Shown piece after piece: positions 9,813 through 20,359 of a stretch of DNA of 64,000 nucleotides. The notes beneath the pieces were generated by a model that made no database searches, was not told the origin of the DNA, and saw only the letters and a list, made by a program, of their open reading frames with translations. How positions within the stretch are numbered: position 1 is the stretch's first letter; every line of letters begins with the position of its first letter. The DNA comes from an uncultured SAR86 cluster bacterium (GTDB taxonomy: Bacteria; Pseudomonadota; Gammaproteobacteria; Magnimaribacterales; D2472). The position numbers and the translations under genes are program-made. The DNA is taken from contig CACNUQ010000002.1 of the NCBI GenBank assembly GCA_902623685.1, positions 101,650 through 165,649 on the forward strand, in the 5' to 3' direction.

Positions 9813-11264
9813 ATGAAAGTTTGTTTAGTTGCTTTAGCAATACTTTTGATAACGAGTTGTGAATTACCCTCAATCATTGAAGCAGATCAATACATTGAGC
9901 CTATTCCTGTAAATGTTTCAAAAAATATTCCAGTTGCTGATAATGTATGGGATCGCATAAGAATTGCTAGTGAAAGCAAGCAAGAAAACTTAGATGAAAA
10001 AACTATTGATTATATAAACGCATACCTTAAAAATCCAAGTCAACTGGATATGCTTTTTGAAAAAGGAAGGTATTTTATATACTTTGTTCTGGATGAATTA
10101 GAAAAATATAGTTTGCCGCCAGAATTGGCACTTCTTCCATACATTGAAAGCAGCTACGATCCATTTTCTATTTCTTCATCAGGAGCAATGGGAATTTGGC
10201 AGTTTATGCCTGCTACAGCAAGAATTTATGGTTTAAAAGATAACTGGTGGTATGAGCAAAGACATGATCCCCTGGCATCATCTAGGGCAGCCGTAAGATA
10301 TTTAGCTTATTTGCATAATAGGTTCAATAAAGATATTACTTATACGCTTGCTGCTTATAATGGGGGGCCAACCCTTCTTGAAAAGAGAATTAAGCAAAAC
10401 ATAAAATCAGGTAAACCAACCAATTATAAAAATCTTAAATTGCCTAAACAAACACTAGAATATGTACCGAAATTTATGGCTATAAGAGAGTTAGTTATTA
10501 ATGCAAAAAATTATGGGTTAATTTTACCAAATTTTCCAAATAAATCTGTTCTTGGTTCCATTGAACTCGATGGTCAGGTTGAAATATTAGCTTTTAGTGA
10601 GTTTGCTAACTTAAAACCTGAATTTGTATATAAATTAAATGCAGGGTATACAAAATGGGCATCTCCTCCTGGAAGAAAAACTATTTTTAATATTCCAATT
10701 GAGTTAGAGAAAGAGCTAAATCTTAAAAAGGATCAGTTTATTCAAGATAATCAGATTAATTGGGTGACCCATAAAGTTTCCTCAGGAGATAGTCTTTGGA
10801 AAATAGCTAGACAATATGACACTGAAGTAAATATTTTAAAAAAAGTTAATTATTTGAAATCCAATGTTTTAAGTCTTGATCAAGAGCTGCTTATTCCATT
10901 GAGCAATGAACAAAATCAAGCATTTATTCCATATCAAGCTCACATAATAAGCGAAGGTGATACATTATGGAAACTTGGTAAAAAGTATAAAATATCGCCT
11001 ACTGAAATAGCTAAAAATAATGGACTGAAATTAAATGCTCCATTAACAATTGGAAAAGAATTAAATATAGGAAACAAAAATATTTATCGCACAATCAATT
11101 CAAAAAAAAGAACTATACTCTATAGCGTAAAACAGGGAGATAGTCTTTACCGAATAGCAGATATTTTTAATATCGAAATTTCAGATATAAAGAGAATAAA
11201 TGAATTAGAAAAAAATGAGATTACTCCGGGGCAGGTATTGAAAATTATAATTAAAGCTTTTTAA
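9813..11264 (+). CDS. mltD: Membrane-bound lytic murein transglycosylase with three LysM repeats (MltD-like lipoprotein)
   Basis: A lipobox (LLITSC) is followed by the SLT catalytic region ESSYDPFSISSSGAMGIWQFMPATA ... AYNGGP. Three C-terminal LysM-like repeats are present (GDSLWKIA, GDTLWKLG, GDSLYRIA). Confidence 0.8.
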   Translation: MKVCLVALAILLITSCELPSIIEADQYIEPIPVNVSKNIPVADNVWDRIRIASESKQENLDEKTIDYINAYLKNPSQLDMLFEKGRYFIYFVLDELEKYSLPPELALLPYIESSYDPFSISSSGAMGIWQFMPATARIYGLKDNWWYEQRHDPLASSRAAVRYLAYLHNRFNKDITYTLAAYNGGPTLLEKRIKQNIKSGKPTNYKNLKLPKQTLEYVPKFMAIRELVINAKNYGLILPNFPNKSVLGSIELDGQVEILAFSEFANLKPEFVYKLNAGYTKWASPPGRKTIFNIPIELEKELNLKKDQFIQDNQINWVTHKVSSGDSLWKIARQYDTEVNILKKVNYLKSNVLSLDQELLIPLSNEQNQAFIPYQAHIISEGDTLWKLGKKYKISPTEIAKNNGLKLNAPLTIGKELNIGNKNIYRTINSKKRTILYSVKQGDSLYRIADIFNIEISDIKRINELEKNEITPGQVLKIIIKAF

Positions 11265-12115
11265 TCAGAAGATATTTTAGGATCTAATGCATCTCTTAGA
11301 CCATCACCAAAAAAATTAAGAGCAAATAATGTAATTGTAAAAGTTAATCCTGGATAAATTAATAGCCAAGAATATTCTTCCATCGATTCAACGCCGTATC
11401 TTATCAACGTACCCCAACTGCTCATTGGCGGCTGAATGCCAAGCCCAAGAAAACTTAAAAATGCTTCTAACAACATTACTTGAGGAATTGTTAAAGTTGC
11501 ATAAACAGCAATAGGCCCAAGAATATTTGGATATATATGCTTTCTAAACATTTGTATGTTTGATACTCCCATTGCCTGAGCAGCTAGGACATATTCTTGA
11601 GTTTTAATTGTAAGAACTTGTCCTCGAACAATTCTTGCCATTGTAAGCCACTCCACAGCTCCTATAGCACCAAATAATAACCATATATTCCTTCCAAAAA
11701 TTACCATGAGTAAGATTATAAAAATAATAAAAGGAAGGCCGTAAAGAACATCTACGATCCTCATCATTACAGAGTCAATTCTTCCGCCAAAATATCCTGC
11801 AACTATACCCCAGCTCACACCTATGACTAGTGCGACACTTGTAGCCACAAAACCTACCAGCAATGAAACTCTTGCACCATATAAGATCCTGCTAAAAAGG
11901 TCCCTGCCTAATGTGTCTGTACCAAGTAAGAATTCAGAAGAAGGAGGTTGAGCACCTAACTCAAGGTTTTGATATGAATAAGAATGTGGCGCTATCCATG
12001 GAGCAAATATTGCAAGGAAAATTAAAACCAATAAAATCATACCACCTGCTACAGCTGCTTTATTTGCAAGCAATCTTCTCCATGCATCTGACCACAATGA
12101 ACTTTCTAGATTCAA
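11261..12115 (-). CDS. oppC: Peptide ABC transporter permease (OppC/DppC type)
   Basis: LGTDTLGRDLFSRILYGARVSL is the N-terminal signature, and the body has the BPD permease fold with an EAA-like loop. Confidence 0.8.
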   Translation of the reverse strand: MNLESSLWSDAWRRLLANKAAVAGGMILLVLIFLAIFAPWIAPHSYSYQNLELGAQPPSSEFLLGTDTLGRDLFSRILYGARVSLLVGFVATSVALVIGVSWGIVAGYFGGRIDSVMMRIVDVLYGLPFIIFIILLMVIFGRNIWLLFGAIGAVEWLTMARIVRGQVLTIKTQEYVLAAQAMGVSNIQMFRKHIYPNILGPIAVYATLTIPQVMLLEAFLSFLGLGIQPPMSSWGTLIRYGVESMEEYSWLLIYPGLTFTITLFALNFFGDGLRDALDPKISSD

Positions 12116-13035
12116 GTTTGACTCCTTGCGCGAGGATTCATTAGAAGAACAGCGATATCAGATAATAAATTAAAAAATATAATTAAAGTCGAAAAGAAAA
12201 TAGTAGTACCTAGAATCATTGTGTAATCCCGATTGAACGCTGCTTCAACATAAAAACGTCCGAGTCCTGGAATTTGAAAAATAGTTTCAACAACAAAAGA
12301 CCCGCCAATTAAACCTGCAACTGCTGGACCTAAAAAAGATACCACTGGAACTAGGCCACCTTGCAATGCGTGCTTAATGATTACTTGATATTCTGGCAAT
12401 CCCTTTGCTCTTGCTGTTCGAATATAATCTTGACTAAGGGTTTCAAGCATGCCACCTCTGCTAAGCCTTGCTATGTAAGCGGCATATGCAGCCCCAAGTG
12501 TGATTGAGGGTAAAATCTTATCTCCAGGCAACGAATCCCAACCAGAAACAGGCAAAGCCTCAAGATAAATTCCAAAATATAATACTAATAAAGGTCCTAG
12601 CAAAAAAGTTGGCATACAAATTCCAATCATAGCTATTGTCATGGGCACATAATCTAAAAATGTATTCCGCTTTACTGCAGCAATAACACCTGCAAGGCTA
12701 CCAATAATCATAGCAACAAGAATTGCATAGAAAGCTAACTCAAAAGTTACTGGTAAACCAGTAAAAATCATCTCAGTTACTGAACGTCCAGGATATCTAA
12801 ATGAGGGCCCAAAATCTCCTTGAACAAGATTAAACATATAATCCCTATACTGAATAATTAGAGGAGCATCTAAATTGTATACTGCATTAAGATTTTTCAT
12901 GACCTGAGGCGGCACAACCTTTTCAGCATCAAAAGGTCCACCAGGAGCCATTCGAACCAAAAAAAATGTCAGCGAAGCTACAATTAAAATAATGGGTATT
13001 GCGATTGCAATTCGTTTCAAAATGAGTTGTAGCAT
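12112..13035 (-). CDS. oppB: Peptide ABC transporter permease (OppB/DppB type)
   Basis: The N-terminus MLQLILKRIAIAIPIILIVASLTFFLVRMAPGGPF and the motif YIRTARAKGL are typical of OppB/DppB. Confidence 0.85.
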   Translation of the reverse strand: MLQLILKRIAIAIPIILIVASLTFFLVRMAPGGPFDAEKVVPPQVMKNLNAVYNLDAPLIIQYRDYMFNLVQGDFGPSFRYPGRSVTEMIFTGLPVTFELAFYAILVAMIIGSLAGVIAAVKRNTFLDYVPMTIAMIGICMPTFLLGPLLVLYFGIYLEALPVSGWDSLPGDKILPSITLGAAYAAYIARLSRGGMLETLSQDYIRTARAKGLPEYQVIIKHALQGGLVPVVSFLGPAVAGLIGGSFVVETIFQIPGLGRFYVEAAFNRDYTMILGTTIFFSTLIIFFNLLSDIAVLLMNPRARSQT

Positions 13036-13043
13036 TTATGAGA

Positions 13044-14648
13044 TTATCTTTCTAAGTATATAAACTTAGGATGATGAGTATCTAAGAGATTAGGATGCCA
13101 GCCCTTAACATCACTAGATAATTGATATTGTCTGACATAGGTATAAATTGGAATGATAGGCATTTCGCTTATTAGCAATCTTTCAGCCTCCATAAGATAT
13201 TGATATCTTAATGACTGCTCATTAGTAGAATTTGCTAATTCTAATAATCGGTCATATTCCTCGTTCTCCCAGCCAGTTTTATTATTGCCTCTATTAGGTC
13301 GTAAAGTATCAAGGAATGTATTTGGATCTTCATAATCTCCAATCCAGCCAGCTCTTGAAATTTGAAAATCACCAGTCATTTCTCTTGCCAAATAAACTTT
13401 CCAGTCCTGATTGACTAGCTCAACATTTATCCCTAAATTTTCTTGCCACATTTGCTGTATTGCCAAAGCTATTTTTCGATGGCCCTCTGAGGTATTAAAA
13501 AGTATTTCCAATACTGGAAATCCATCGCCATTTTTATAGCCAGATTTTGCGAATAATGATCTTGCAAGCTCAGGATCAAACGGAACTTCAGTATCTGGTT
13601 CATACCCAGCAGATCCTGGAGGAGTAAAAGAGTAAGCTTCTGCTTGACCGCATTTCGAGACTTTTTCAACAATTTGTTTTCTATTGATGGCATATGCTAG
13701 AGCCAATCTAACATCTTTATTTTTTAGGACGGGATGAAGAGTATTGATTCTATAAAAATAGGTTCCCATATATGGCTCTATTCTAAGATTAGGATTTTGG
13801 TTTTCGATGTATATAGGACATTTTTCTAGCGGCACCACATTTGTAACATGTAATTGGCCTGCTCGAAACATTCTATCTTCAGTAGATTCATTAGAAACAG
13901 GGTAATATCTAATTTCATTCAATCTAACGCTATCAGCATCCCAATATAAAGGATTTTTTTCTACAGTGATTTGCTTGTTGAGTTCCCAGGTTTTTAAATT
14001 CATGGGCCCATTGCATACAAAGTTACCAGGTCTGGTCCATTGACCATTTCTATTATCTATGGCGCCATGCTTTAAAACAGACTCCTTATGGACTGGATAT
14101 GTGCTGTAATGGCTTAAAAGTCTTATGAAAAAAGGTGTTGGGTTTTTCAACTCAACCCTTAATTCATGATCATTGATTGCATTTACACCAACATCAGAAA
14201 AATTGCTTGTTCTTCCTTGGTGAAAATCTTCTGCACCCTTTAAATAATAAAGCATATCTGGATATTGAGAGCCGAGTGATGGAGTCAAAATTCTCATCCA
14301 AGACCAAACAAAATCTTGGGCTATTACAGGATCGCCATTTGACCATTTAGCTTTTTTATTAAGAAAAAAAGTATATGTTTTGCCATCTTCACTTATTTCC
14401 CATGACTCAGCAACTCCTGGTAAATTCTCTCCACCTTTTGGATTTGCAATTGTCAATCCTTCGCACATTGAAATAAGTAAATGATGTTCTGGTACACCAG
14501 TTACAATATGAGGATCCAAGCCTTGTGGCTCACTTCCATTACCAAAATGAAGAATTTGTTTTTCTAACGCTGCATCTACTGGTGAGACTCCGTTACCACA
14601 ACCAGAAACAACAACTAAAAAAAGCGATAGGTAAAATGCATTTTTCAT
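13044..14648 (-). CDS. oppA: Peptide ABC transporter substrate-binding lipoprotein (family 5, OppA-like)
   Basis: It has a lipobox (VVSGC), a 534-aa SBP family 5 layout, and sits at the head of the oppBC permease genes. Confidence 0.8.
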   Translation of the reverse strand: MKNAFYLSLFLVVVSGCGNGVSPVDAALEKQILHFGNGSEPQGLDPHIVTGVPEHHLLISMCEGLTIANPKGGENLPGVAESWEISEDGKTYTFFLNKKAKWSNGDPVIAQDFVWSWMRILTPSLGSQYPDMLYYLKGAEDFHQGRTSNFSDVGVNAINDHELRVELKNPTPFFIRLLSHYSTYPVHKESVLKHGAIDNRNGQWTRPGNFVCNGPMNLKTWELNKQITVEKNPLYWDADSVRLNEIRYYPVSNESTEDRMFRAGQLHVTNVVPLEKCPIYIENQNPNLRIEPYMGTYFYRINTLHPVLKNKDVRLALAYAINRKQIVEKVSKCGQAEAYSFTPPGSAGYEPDTEVPFDPELARSLFAKSGYKNGDGFPVLEILFNTSEGHRKIALAIQQMWQENLGINVELVNQDWKVYLAREMTGDFQISRAGWIGDYEDPNTFLDTLRPNRGNNKTGWENEEYDRLLELANSTNEQSLRYQYLMEAERLLISEMPIIPIYTYVRQYQLSSDVKGWHPNLLDTHHPKFIYLER

Positions 14649-14818
14649 ATCTTTATTATATATAAAAAAAGGAGCGCCGATGGTGCTCTTTTTAGATATT
14701 ATCTAATTACTTTTAAATACTTCATTGGGATTCTTAAATAATTTAAATATTAAAATTAAAACAAGCTTCATTGTTTAATAGTTATATAATGAAACTTAGT
14801 GCTATAAAGAAAACCGTT

Positions 14819-15604
14819 ATGTTAAAAAATAAAAAAATACTTATCGCAGGACTTGCTAATAAGCATTCAATAGCGACTGGAATTGCAAAAGCAATGCATG
14901 CTCAAGGAGCAGAGCTAGCCTTTACTTATCAAAATGAAAGATTAAAAAAGAATGTTGAAAAAATAGCCTCAGAACTTAATTCAAGTCTTTTATATGAATG
15001 TGATGTTTCATCCGATAAAAGCATTGAAACAATGTATCAAAACCTTTCTAAAGATTGGAAAAGCTTTGATGGTTTTGTTCATTCCATTGGATTTGCGCCC
15101 GCAAACGAATTGGAAGGCAACTTTGTAGAAGCTGCAACAAGGGATGGCTTCAAAGTTGCTCATGATATAAGCTCGTATAGTTTTACTGCAATGGCAAAGG
15201 GAGCAAAATCAATGTTGAATCCTAGTTCTGCTTTATTAACATTGACATACCTAGGCTCAATTCAATCTCTTCCAAACTATAATGTAATGGGTTTAGCAAA
15301 AGCTAGTTTAGAGGCTAATACACGCTTTCTTGCCGCAGCTATGGGACCGGATGGTATCAGAGTCAATGCTATATCAGCTGGTCCAATTAAAACCTTGGCA
15401 GCCTCTGGAGTAAAAAACTTTAGAAAAATGCTCGCTAACTATACTAAAAGAGCTCCTCTTAGAAGAGTTGTTACTACAACTGAGGTAGGTAATGTTGCTG
15501 CTTTTCTTTGCTCAGATTTGGCAAGTGGTATTACTGGAGAGATTACATACGTTGATGGAGGTTTTAATACTGCTGCAATGTCAATCGAAGAATATGAAGA
15601 TTAA
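14819..15604 (+). CDS. fabI: Enoyl-ACP reductase FabI
   Basis: [19 protein letters not shown] is the Rossmann N-terminus, with the [12 protein letters not shown] catalytic Tyr/Lys region and ISAGPIKT. I chose the ATG at 14819 over the track's TTG at 14771; the start is uncertain. Confidence 0.9.
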   Translation: MLKNKKILIAGLANKHSIATGIAKAMHAQGAELAFTYQNERLKKNVEKIASELNSSLLYECDVSSDKSIETMYQNLSKDWKSFDGFVHSIGFAPANELEGNFVEAATRDGFKVAHDISSYSFTAMAKGAKSMLNPSSALLTLTYLGSIQSLPNYNVMGLAKASLEANTRFLAAAMGPDGIRVNAISAGPIKTLAASGVKNFRKMLANYTKRAPLRRVVTTTEVGNVAAFLCSDLASGITGEITYVDGGFNTAAMSIEEYED

Positions 15605-17466
15605 TTATTCACAGCAAAGTTTTGCAAACGCACTCTTTGGCCTTGCTTCATTGCATGATCAATAAATCCTGAAAATTGTCGGCCAAGACTACTATTGTAA
15701 AATTCATCATATTGTGAGGCTTTTTCAACTAACTCATCTAAAGCGGGAACAACTTCATTAGAAGATTGAGTCCAATATCGATCGCCATTTATTGCTTCAT
15801 GAGCAATAATCGTATCAAGTTTTGACTCAAAAATTCTATTAATAACCTCAGAGGGTAATAATGAACTAAATCTTTTTACAGATTTATAATTTTCTTTAGA
15901 TATTCCCTCTACCTCAGTAAGGGTTTCTTCTCCTAGTAGAATTTTTTGAGCTCTGTTATCAAATTCATTCAGAAAGATATTTGCCTTTTCTGTTTTGGTC
16001 TCCAGCATAGCAAGATCCATAACTTCATCAAAAGGCTGTATTGAGGGTTGAACAGAATCAGTTAACATTATAAAAGCGTAACTGTTTTCACCTTCAAAAA
16101 TTTCAATTTTATTTGGAATTATTTCACTATTGAACAATTCAGATGGAGCAAGATCTGGAAAATTTTTGATTTGAAGATTATCAGAAGTTTGTAGGCCTGT
16201 AATTTCAAGCGTTGATTCAATTAAATTACTTAATTCATAGAGATTAACACCATCAAGAACTTTAGCCTCAAGCTCTAAAAAATCATCTTGTAATAATGCA
16301 AAGGCCTCCGCATCAATCAATTCATTTAAAAGCTCCTTTTCAACCTGAGACTTTGGCTTAATTTCTGCCTTTATAACTTCAGTAAGTTTAAGAATGTGAA
16401 ATGTATCCTCTAGCTCTATAACTTCACTGATATCATTAACATTCATAATTTGAATTGCATTTTCAAACTCTTCTGGGAAAGCATCTCCTGATGAGAGCCC
16501 CAAATCTCCCAACGCATCTTTAGAGGCGAGGTCTTCACTAGAAGTAGAAACCAAATCTTCAAAAGTAATTTTTCCAGACTTAATTTTCTCGAAATCTTGT
16601 AAAATTTTTGATCTAGCTAACTCTACATTGTCATAATTTGATTTTTCAATCATATGATGAGAAATTCTATTTTGCGTTTGCTTGTCAAGATCACCAAGGT
16701 AATCAACATAAGCCTCATCTAGGTAATTTTCAGGAATGACAACTTTGTCTTTGTACTCCTCATATGACAAAACAATATATGAAAAATCTCTCTTTTCATT
16801 GGATAAAAATAAAAAAGGGTTAGCCTTATAAAATGCCTCAGCTTCCTGCATTGAAGCATCCTGAGAGTCAATAAGTACCTTTTTATTAACTTTTAAAAAA
16901 TTAAGATCTCTTGATGTTTCCAAGATCGATGCAAGAGACTGAATATCACTTTGAATGGGGAAAGCTATTGAGCTCATAGCTCCAATCATCCTATCGAGTG
17001 CGATACTCTCTTGAACTAGTTCAAAATATTCTTCTGGTGTCCAGCCATTTGCTCTAATAGTTGACTCAAAAATATTTTGGTCAAAACCTGACTCGCCTTG
17101 AAACATTTCTAAATTGATAATTTCTTTTTTTGCATCCCGCAAAGAAACACTTAGTCCTAGATTTTTGGCTTGGGCAATCATAGTTTTTTGATTAATAATT
17201 TCACTTTTTATCAATTCAACTGATACTTCCTCATCAAGATCATCCAAGCTAAATTCTTCTCCATAAACAGATTGTAATCTTTGAGAAACTTGACTAGTTG
17301 CTAAATTAACGTCTGTTTGTGTTACAGCCTGCCCATTGACAGTTCCATAGCTAGTAAAAGTTGTTCCAAAGGAAGTGGAACCAAAGAAAACAAATGGAAT
17401 TGCAAGCAATATAACGATCACAATTAATTTTTTGCCGGATAAGAAATTTCTTAGTAACTCTAACAT
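15601..17466 (-). CDS. ppiD: Periplasmic chaperone / peptidyl-prolyl isomerase PpiD
   Basis: The 621-aa protein has a single N-terminal TM anchor. It occupies the conserved position after lon-hupB, as in enterobacteria and pseudomonads. Confidence 0.75.
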   Translation of the reverse strand: MLELLRNFLSGKKLIVIVILLAIPFVFFGSTSFGTTFTSYGTVNGQAVTQTDVNLATSQVSQRLQSVYGEEFSLDDLDEEVSVELIKSEIINQKTMIAQAKNLGLSVSLRDAKKEIINLEMFQGESGFDQNIFESTIRANGWTPEEYFELVQESIALDRMIGAMSSIAFPIQSDIQSLASILETSRDLNFLKVNKKVLIDSQDASMQEAEAFYKANPFLFLSNEKRDFSYIVLSYEEYKDKVVIPENYLDEAYVDYLGDLDKQTQNRISHHMIEKSNYDNVELARSKILQDFEKIKSGKITFEDLVSTSSEDLASKDALGDLGLSSGDAFPEEFENAIQIMNVNDISEVIELEDTFHILKLTEVIKAEIKPKSQVEKELLNELIDAEAFALLQDDFLELEAKVLDGVNLYELSNLIESTLEITGLQTSDNLQIKNFPDLAPSELFNSEIIPNKIEIFEGENSYAFIMLTDSVQPSIQPFDEVMDLAMLETKTEKANIFLNEFDNRAQKILLGEETLTEVEGISKENYKSVKRFSSLLPSEVINRIFESKLDTIIAHEAINGDRYWTQSSNEVVPALDELVEKASQYDEFYNSSLGRQFSGFIDHAMKQGQRVRLQNFAVNN

Positions 17467-17504
17467 TTATTATTTTCCCTTTTTAAAACGTAATAATCAT
17501 ACAT

Positions 17505-17533
17505 AAAAAAAGGGTGCATATGCACCCTTTTTT
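17505..17533 (-). terminator. Rho-independent (bidirectional) terminator after hupB
   Basis: The perfect palindrome GGGTGCATATGCACCC is flanked by an A-run and a T-run, between hupB and ppiD. Confidence 0.7.
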
Positions 17534-17559
17534 AAATACTTAAACAGTCTAAGAATTAA

Positions 17560-17838
17560 TTATGAATACTTAACTTTATCTTTTAAGCCTTTACCAGCTT
17601 TAAAACCTGGAACTTTTGATGCTGCAATATGCATTGAAGCACCTGTTTGTGGATTTCTTCCTTCCCTCGCAGCTCTATGTCTTACCGAGAAAGTACCGAA
17701 ACCTACAAGTGAAACTGTGTCTCCCTTTCCTAATGCATCACCTATTGAATCTAAAACCGCATCGACAGCTCGTCCAGCTGAAGCTTTAGTTACGTCAGCT
17801 GATGAAGCAACTGCATCTACTAAGTCTGATTTATTCAT
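17560..17838 (-). CDS. hupB: Nucleoid protein HU beta
   Basis: [11 protein letters not shown] ... [21 protein letters not shown] is the canonical HU/IHF fold signature, at 92 aa. Confidence 0.9.
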   Translation of the reverse strand: MNKSDLVDAVASSADVTKASAGRAVDAVLDSIGDALGKGDTVSLVGFGTFSVRHRAAREGRNPQTGASMHIAASKVPGFKAGKGLKDKVKYS

Positions 17839-17917
17839 TTATTTCTCCTCTGGTTAATTGAATACCTAGTTCTATCAAAAGCTATCATGGAGAAAATGTC
17901 AAGCTTTAAAAGCTATA

Positions 17918-20329
17918 TTAATGGGGTTTTCTAGTGCTTGATCTCGGACTGCTTGATTTCGGTTTGCTTAGATTTTTCGTTTGAGTCCCCTTCTTGCTTG
18001 GTTTTGGTTCAGAAGTAAGAGCAAGGGATATAGCATCATCAACCCATCTAACAGGATGGATTTCAAGAGCATGAGTGATTTGGGAGGGAATCTCTCTTAA
18101 TTCTGCGGCATTATCCTGGGGAATTATCACTCTTTTAATTCCACCACGTTTTGCTGCAAGAAGCTTCTCCTTTAAACCACCAATTTTTGTGACTTGGCCA
18201 TGTAATGTAATTTCTCCAGTCATTGCTGTATCAGATCTCACTGGAATACCTGTGAAGACTGAAATAAGTGCGGTACACATGCCTACCCCTGCACTTGGAC
18301 CATCTTTAGGAGTTGCGCCATCAGGGACATGGATGTGAACATCATATTTTTCATAGAAGTTAGCTGGTATACCTAATTTTTTTGATCTTGATCTAACTAC
18401 AGTCAGAGCAGCCTGAATAGATTCCTGCATAACATCTCCCAAAGAGCCTGTTTTGATAACTTGTCCTTTTCCTGGAACATATGAAGACTCAATGGTAAGT
18501 AACTCACCGCCAACCTCAGTCCAGGCGAGGCCAGCAACTTTACCTACAATATCCTCGACATCTGCTTCACCAAATTTGAATTTAGGAACTCCACAGTATT
18601 TCTCAAGATTCTTTGGAGTAATGTTGATAATGGATGGTGCTTTTTTAGTATCTGATAATACTCTCTCTTTGACTGATTTTCTAAATATTTTTGCGATTTG
18701 TCTCTCTAAGCCTCTTACTCCAGCCTCTCTAGTGTAATAACGAACAATATCTAAAACAGATTTATCAGTTAACTTAACTTCGGTATTATCCAGCCCATTT
18801 CTTTCCAATTGCTTAGGAATTAGGTACTGCTTGGCAATGTTCAGTTTCTCATCTTCTATATAGCCTGGAAGTCTAATGATTTCCATTCTATCTAACAAAG
18901 GACCAGGAATATTTAAACTATTTGCAGTGCAAACAAACATAATCTCTGATAAGTCAAAATCAACTTCTAGGTAGTGATCGGAAAATGTATTATTTTGCTC
19001 TGGATCAAGAACTTCTAAAAGAGCTGATGCAGGATCGCCTCTATGATCCATTCCCATTTTATCAATTTCATCTAATAAAAATAATGGATTTTTAACCTCC
19101 ACTTTGGAAAGTTTTTGAATGATCTTGCCTGGCATAGATCCTATGTAGGTTCTTCTATGTCCTCTTATTTCCGCTTCATCTCTAACCCCGCCAAGAGACA
19201 TCCTGGCAAATTTTCTATTGGTAGCTCTTGCAATAGATTTACCCAAAGAAGTTTTACCAACTCCGGGAGGTCCTACTAAGCATAAAACAGGAGCTTTGAG
19301 CTTTTTAACTCTTTGTTGAACAGCTAGATATTCAAGTATTCTCTCTTTAACCTCATCTAAGCCAAAATGGTCTTCATTTAGTATTTCAGAAGCTGATTTT
19401 AGGTCCGATTTTACTTTGCTTTTTTTCTTCCATGGAATTGATGTAAGCCAATCTAAATAAGATCGAACCACAGAAGCCTCTGCTGACATTGGCGACATCT
19501 GCTTGAATTTAGTAAATTCATTTTTGGCTTTTTTAAGGGCCTCTTTAGACATACCAGCTTTATCAATGTCTTCTTCTAACTGGGATATTTCATCTCCTTC
19601 TTCACTAATATCGCCCAATTCTTTTTGGGCAGCTTTAATTTGCTCGTTAAGGTAATATTCTCGTTGAGACTTTTCCATCTGGCCTTTAACCCTATTTCGA
19701 ATTCTCTTATCGACATCCATTACATCAAGCTGTGATTCAATAAAGGTAATTAGAATTTCTGCTCTGAGTTGAAAATCTGCAGCCTCTAATATTTCTTGTT
19801 TTTGCTTAATTTCTATTGGCAGCTGTCCAGCTATGGAATCTATAATCCTTGAAAGATCATCTAAAGCATCGATGGAAGCTAAAACTTCAGGAGCAATTTT
19901 CTTTGTTATTTTGATGTAGTCATGAAATTTAGCTTTAATAAAAATTGCTAGATTTTTCCCGTCCTTTGCATCAATAGACGACTCAGCAATAATACTTGCT
20001 CTCACTTTAGAGTACTTGGTATCAGATTCTAATGATTCCATTTGGGCTCTGTGCGAACCTTCAACTAAAACTTTAACAGTGCCATCAGGCAATTTAATCA
20101 ATTGCAGAATATTTGCGATAGTTGCTATCTTGTATAAATCGTCAAACAATGGAGCATCTAATGAACCGTCCTTTTGAGCGGCTAGAATGATTTTTTTCTC
20201 ACCTGCCATTGCTGCATTGAGAGCATTTATAGATTTATTTCTACCTACAAAAAGGGTCGTTACAACTCCAGGGAAAACAACAACATCTCTTAATGGGATA
20301 AGAGGAAGATCATATTTAATATTAGCCAT
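17918..20329 (-). CDS. lon: ATP-dependent Lon protease
   Basis: An N-terminal LON domain is followed by Walker A GPPGVGKTS and the protease Ser motif PKDGPSAG. Confidence 0.95.
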   Translation of the reverse strand: MANIKYDLPLIPLRDVVVFPGVVTTLFVGRNKSINALNAAMAGEKKIILAAQKDGSLDAPLFDDLYKIATIANILQLIKLPDGTVKVLVEGSHRAQMESLESDTKYSKVRASIIAESSIDAKDGKNLAIFIKAKFHDYIKITKKIAPEVLASIDALDDLSRIIDSIAGQLPIEIKQKQEILEAADFQLRAEILITFIESQLDVMDVDKRIRNRVKGQMEKSQREYYLNEQIKAAQKELGDISEEGDEISQLEEDIDKAGMSKEALKKAKNEFTKFKQMSPMSAEASVVRSYLDWLTSIPWKKKSKVKSDLKSASEILNEDHFGLDEVKERILEYLAVQQRVKKLKAPVLCLVGPPGVGKTSLGKSIARATNRKFARMSLGGVRDEAEIRGHRRTYIGSMPGKIIQKLSKVEVKNPLFLLDEIDKMGMDHRGDPASALLEVLDPEQNNTFSDHYLEVDFDLSEIMFVCTANSLNIPGPLLDRMEIIRLPGYIEDEKLNIAKQYLIPKQLERNGLDNTEVKLTDKSVLDIVRYYTREAGVRGLERQIAKIFRKSVKERVLSDTKKAPSIINITPKNLEKYCGVPKFKFGEADVEDIVGKVAGLAWTEVGGELLTIESSYVPGKGQVIKTGSLGDVMQESIQAALTVVRSRSKKLGIPANFYEKYDVHIHVPDGATPKDGPSAGVGMCTALISVFTGIPVRSDTAMTGEITLHGQVTKIGGLKEKLLAAKRGGIKRVIIPQDNAAELREIPSQITHALEIHPVRWVDDAISLALTSEPKPSKKGTQTKNLSKPKSSSPRSSTRKPH

Positions 20330-20359
20330 ATAAATATAATGAGGGAGAATTATGTAAAA

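Noticed and set aside
17890-17915. AGCTTT-A-AAAGCT inverted repeat after lon, considered as a terminator
   Set aside because: The 1-nt loop makes the hairpin sterically implausible, and no T-run follows it.
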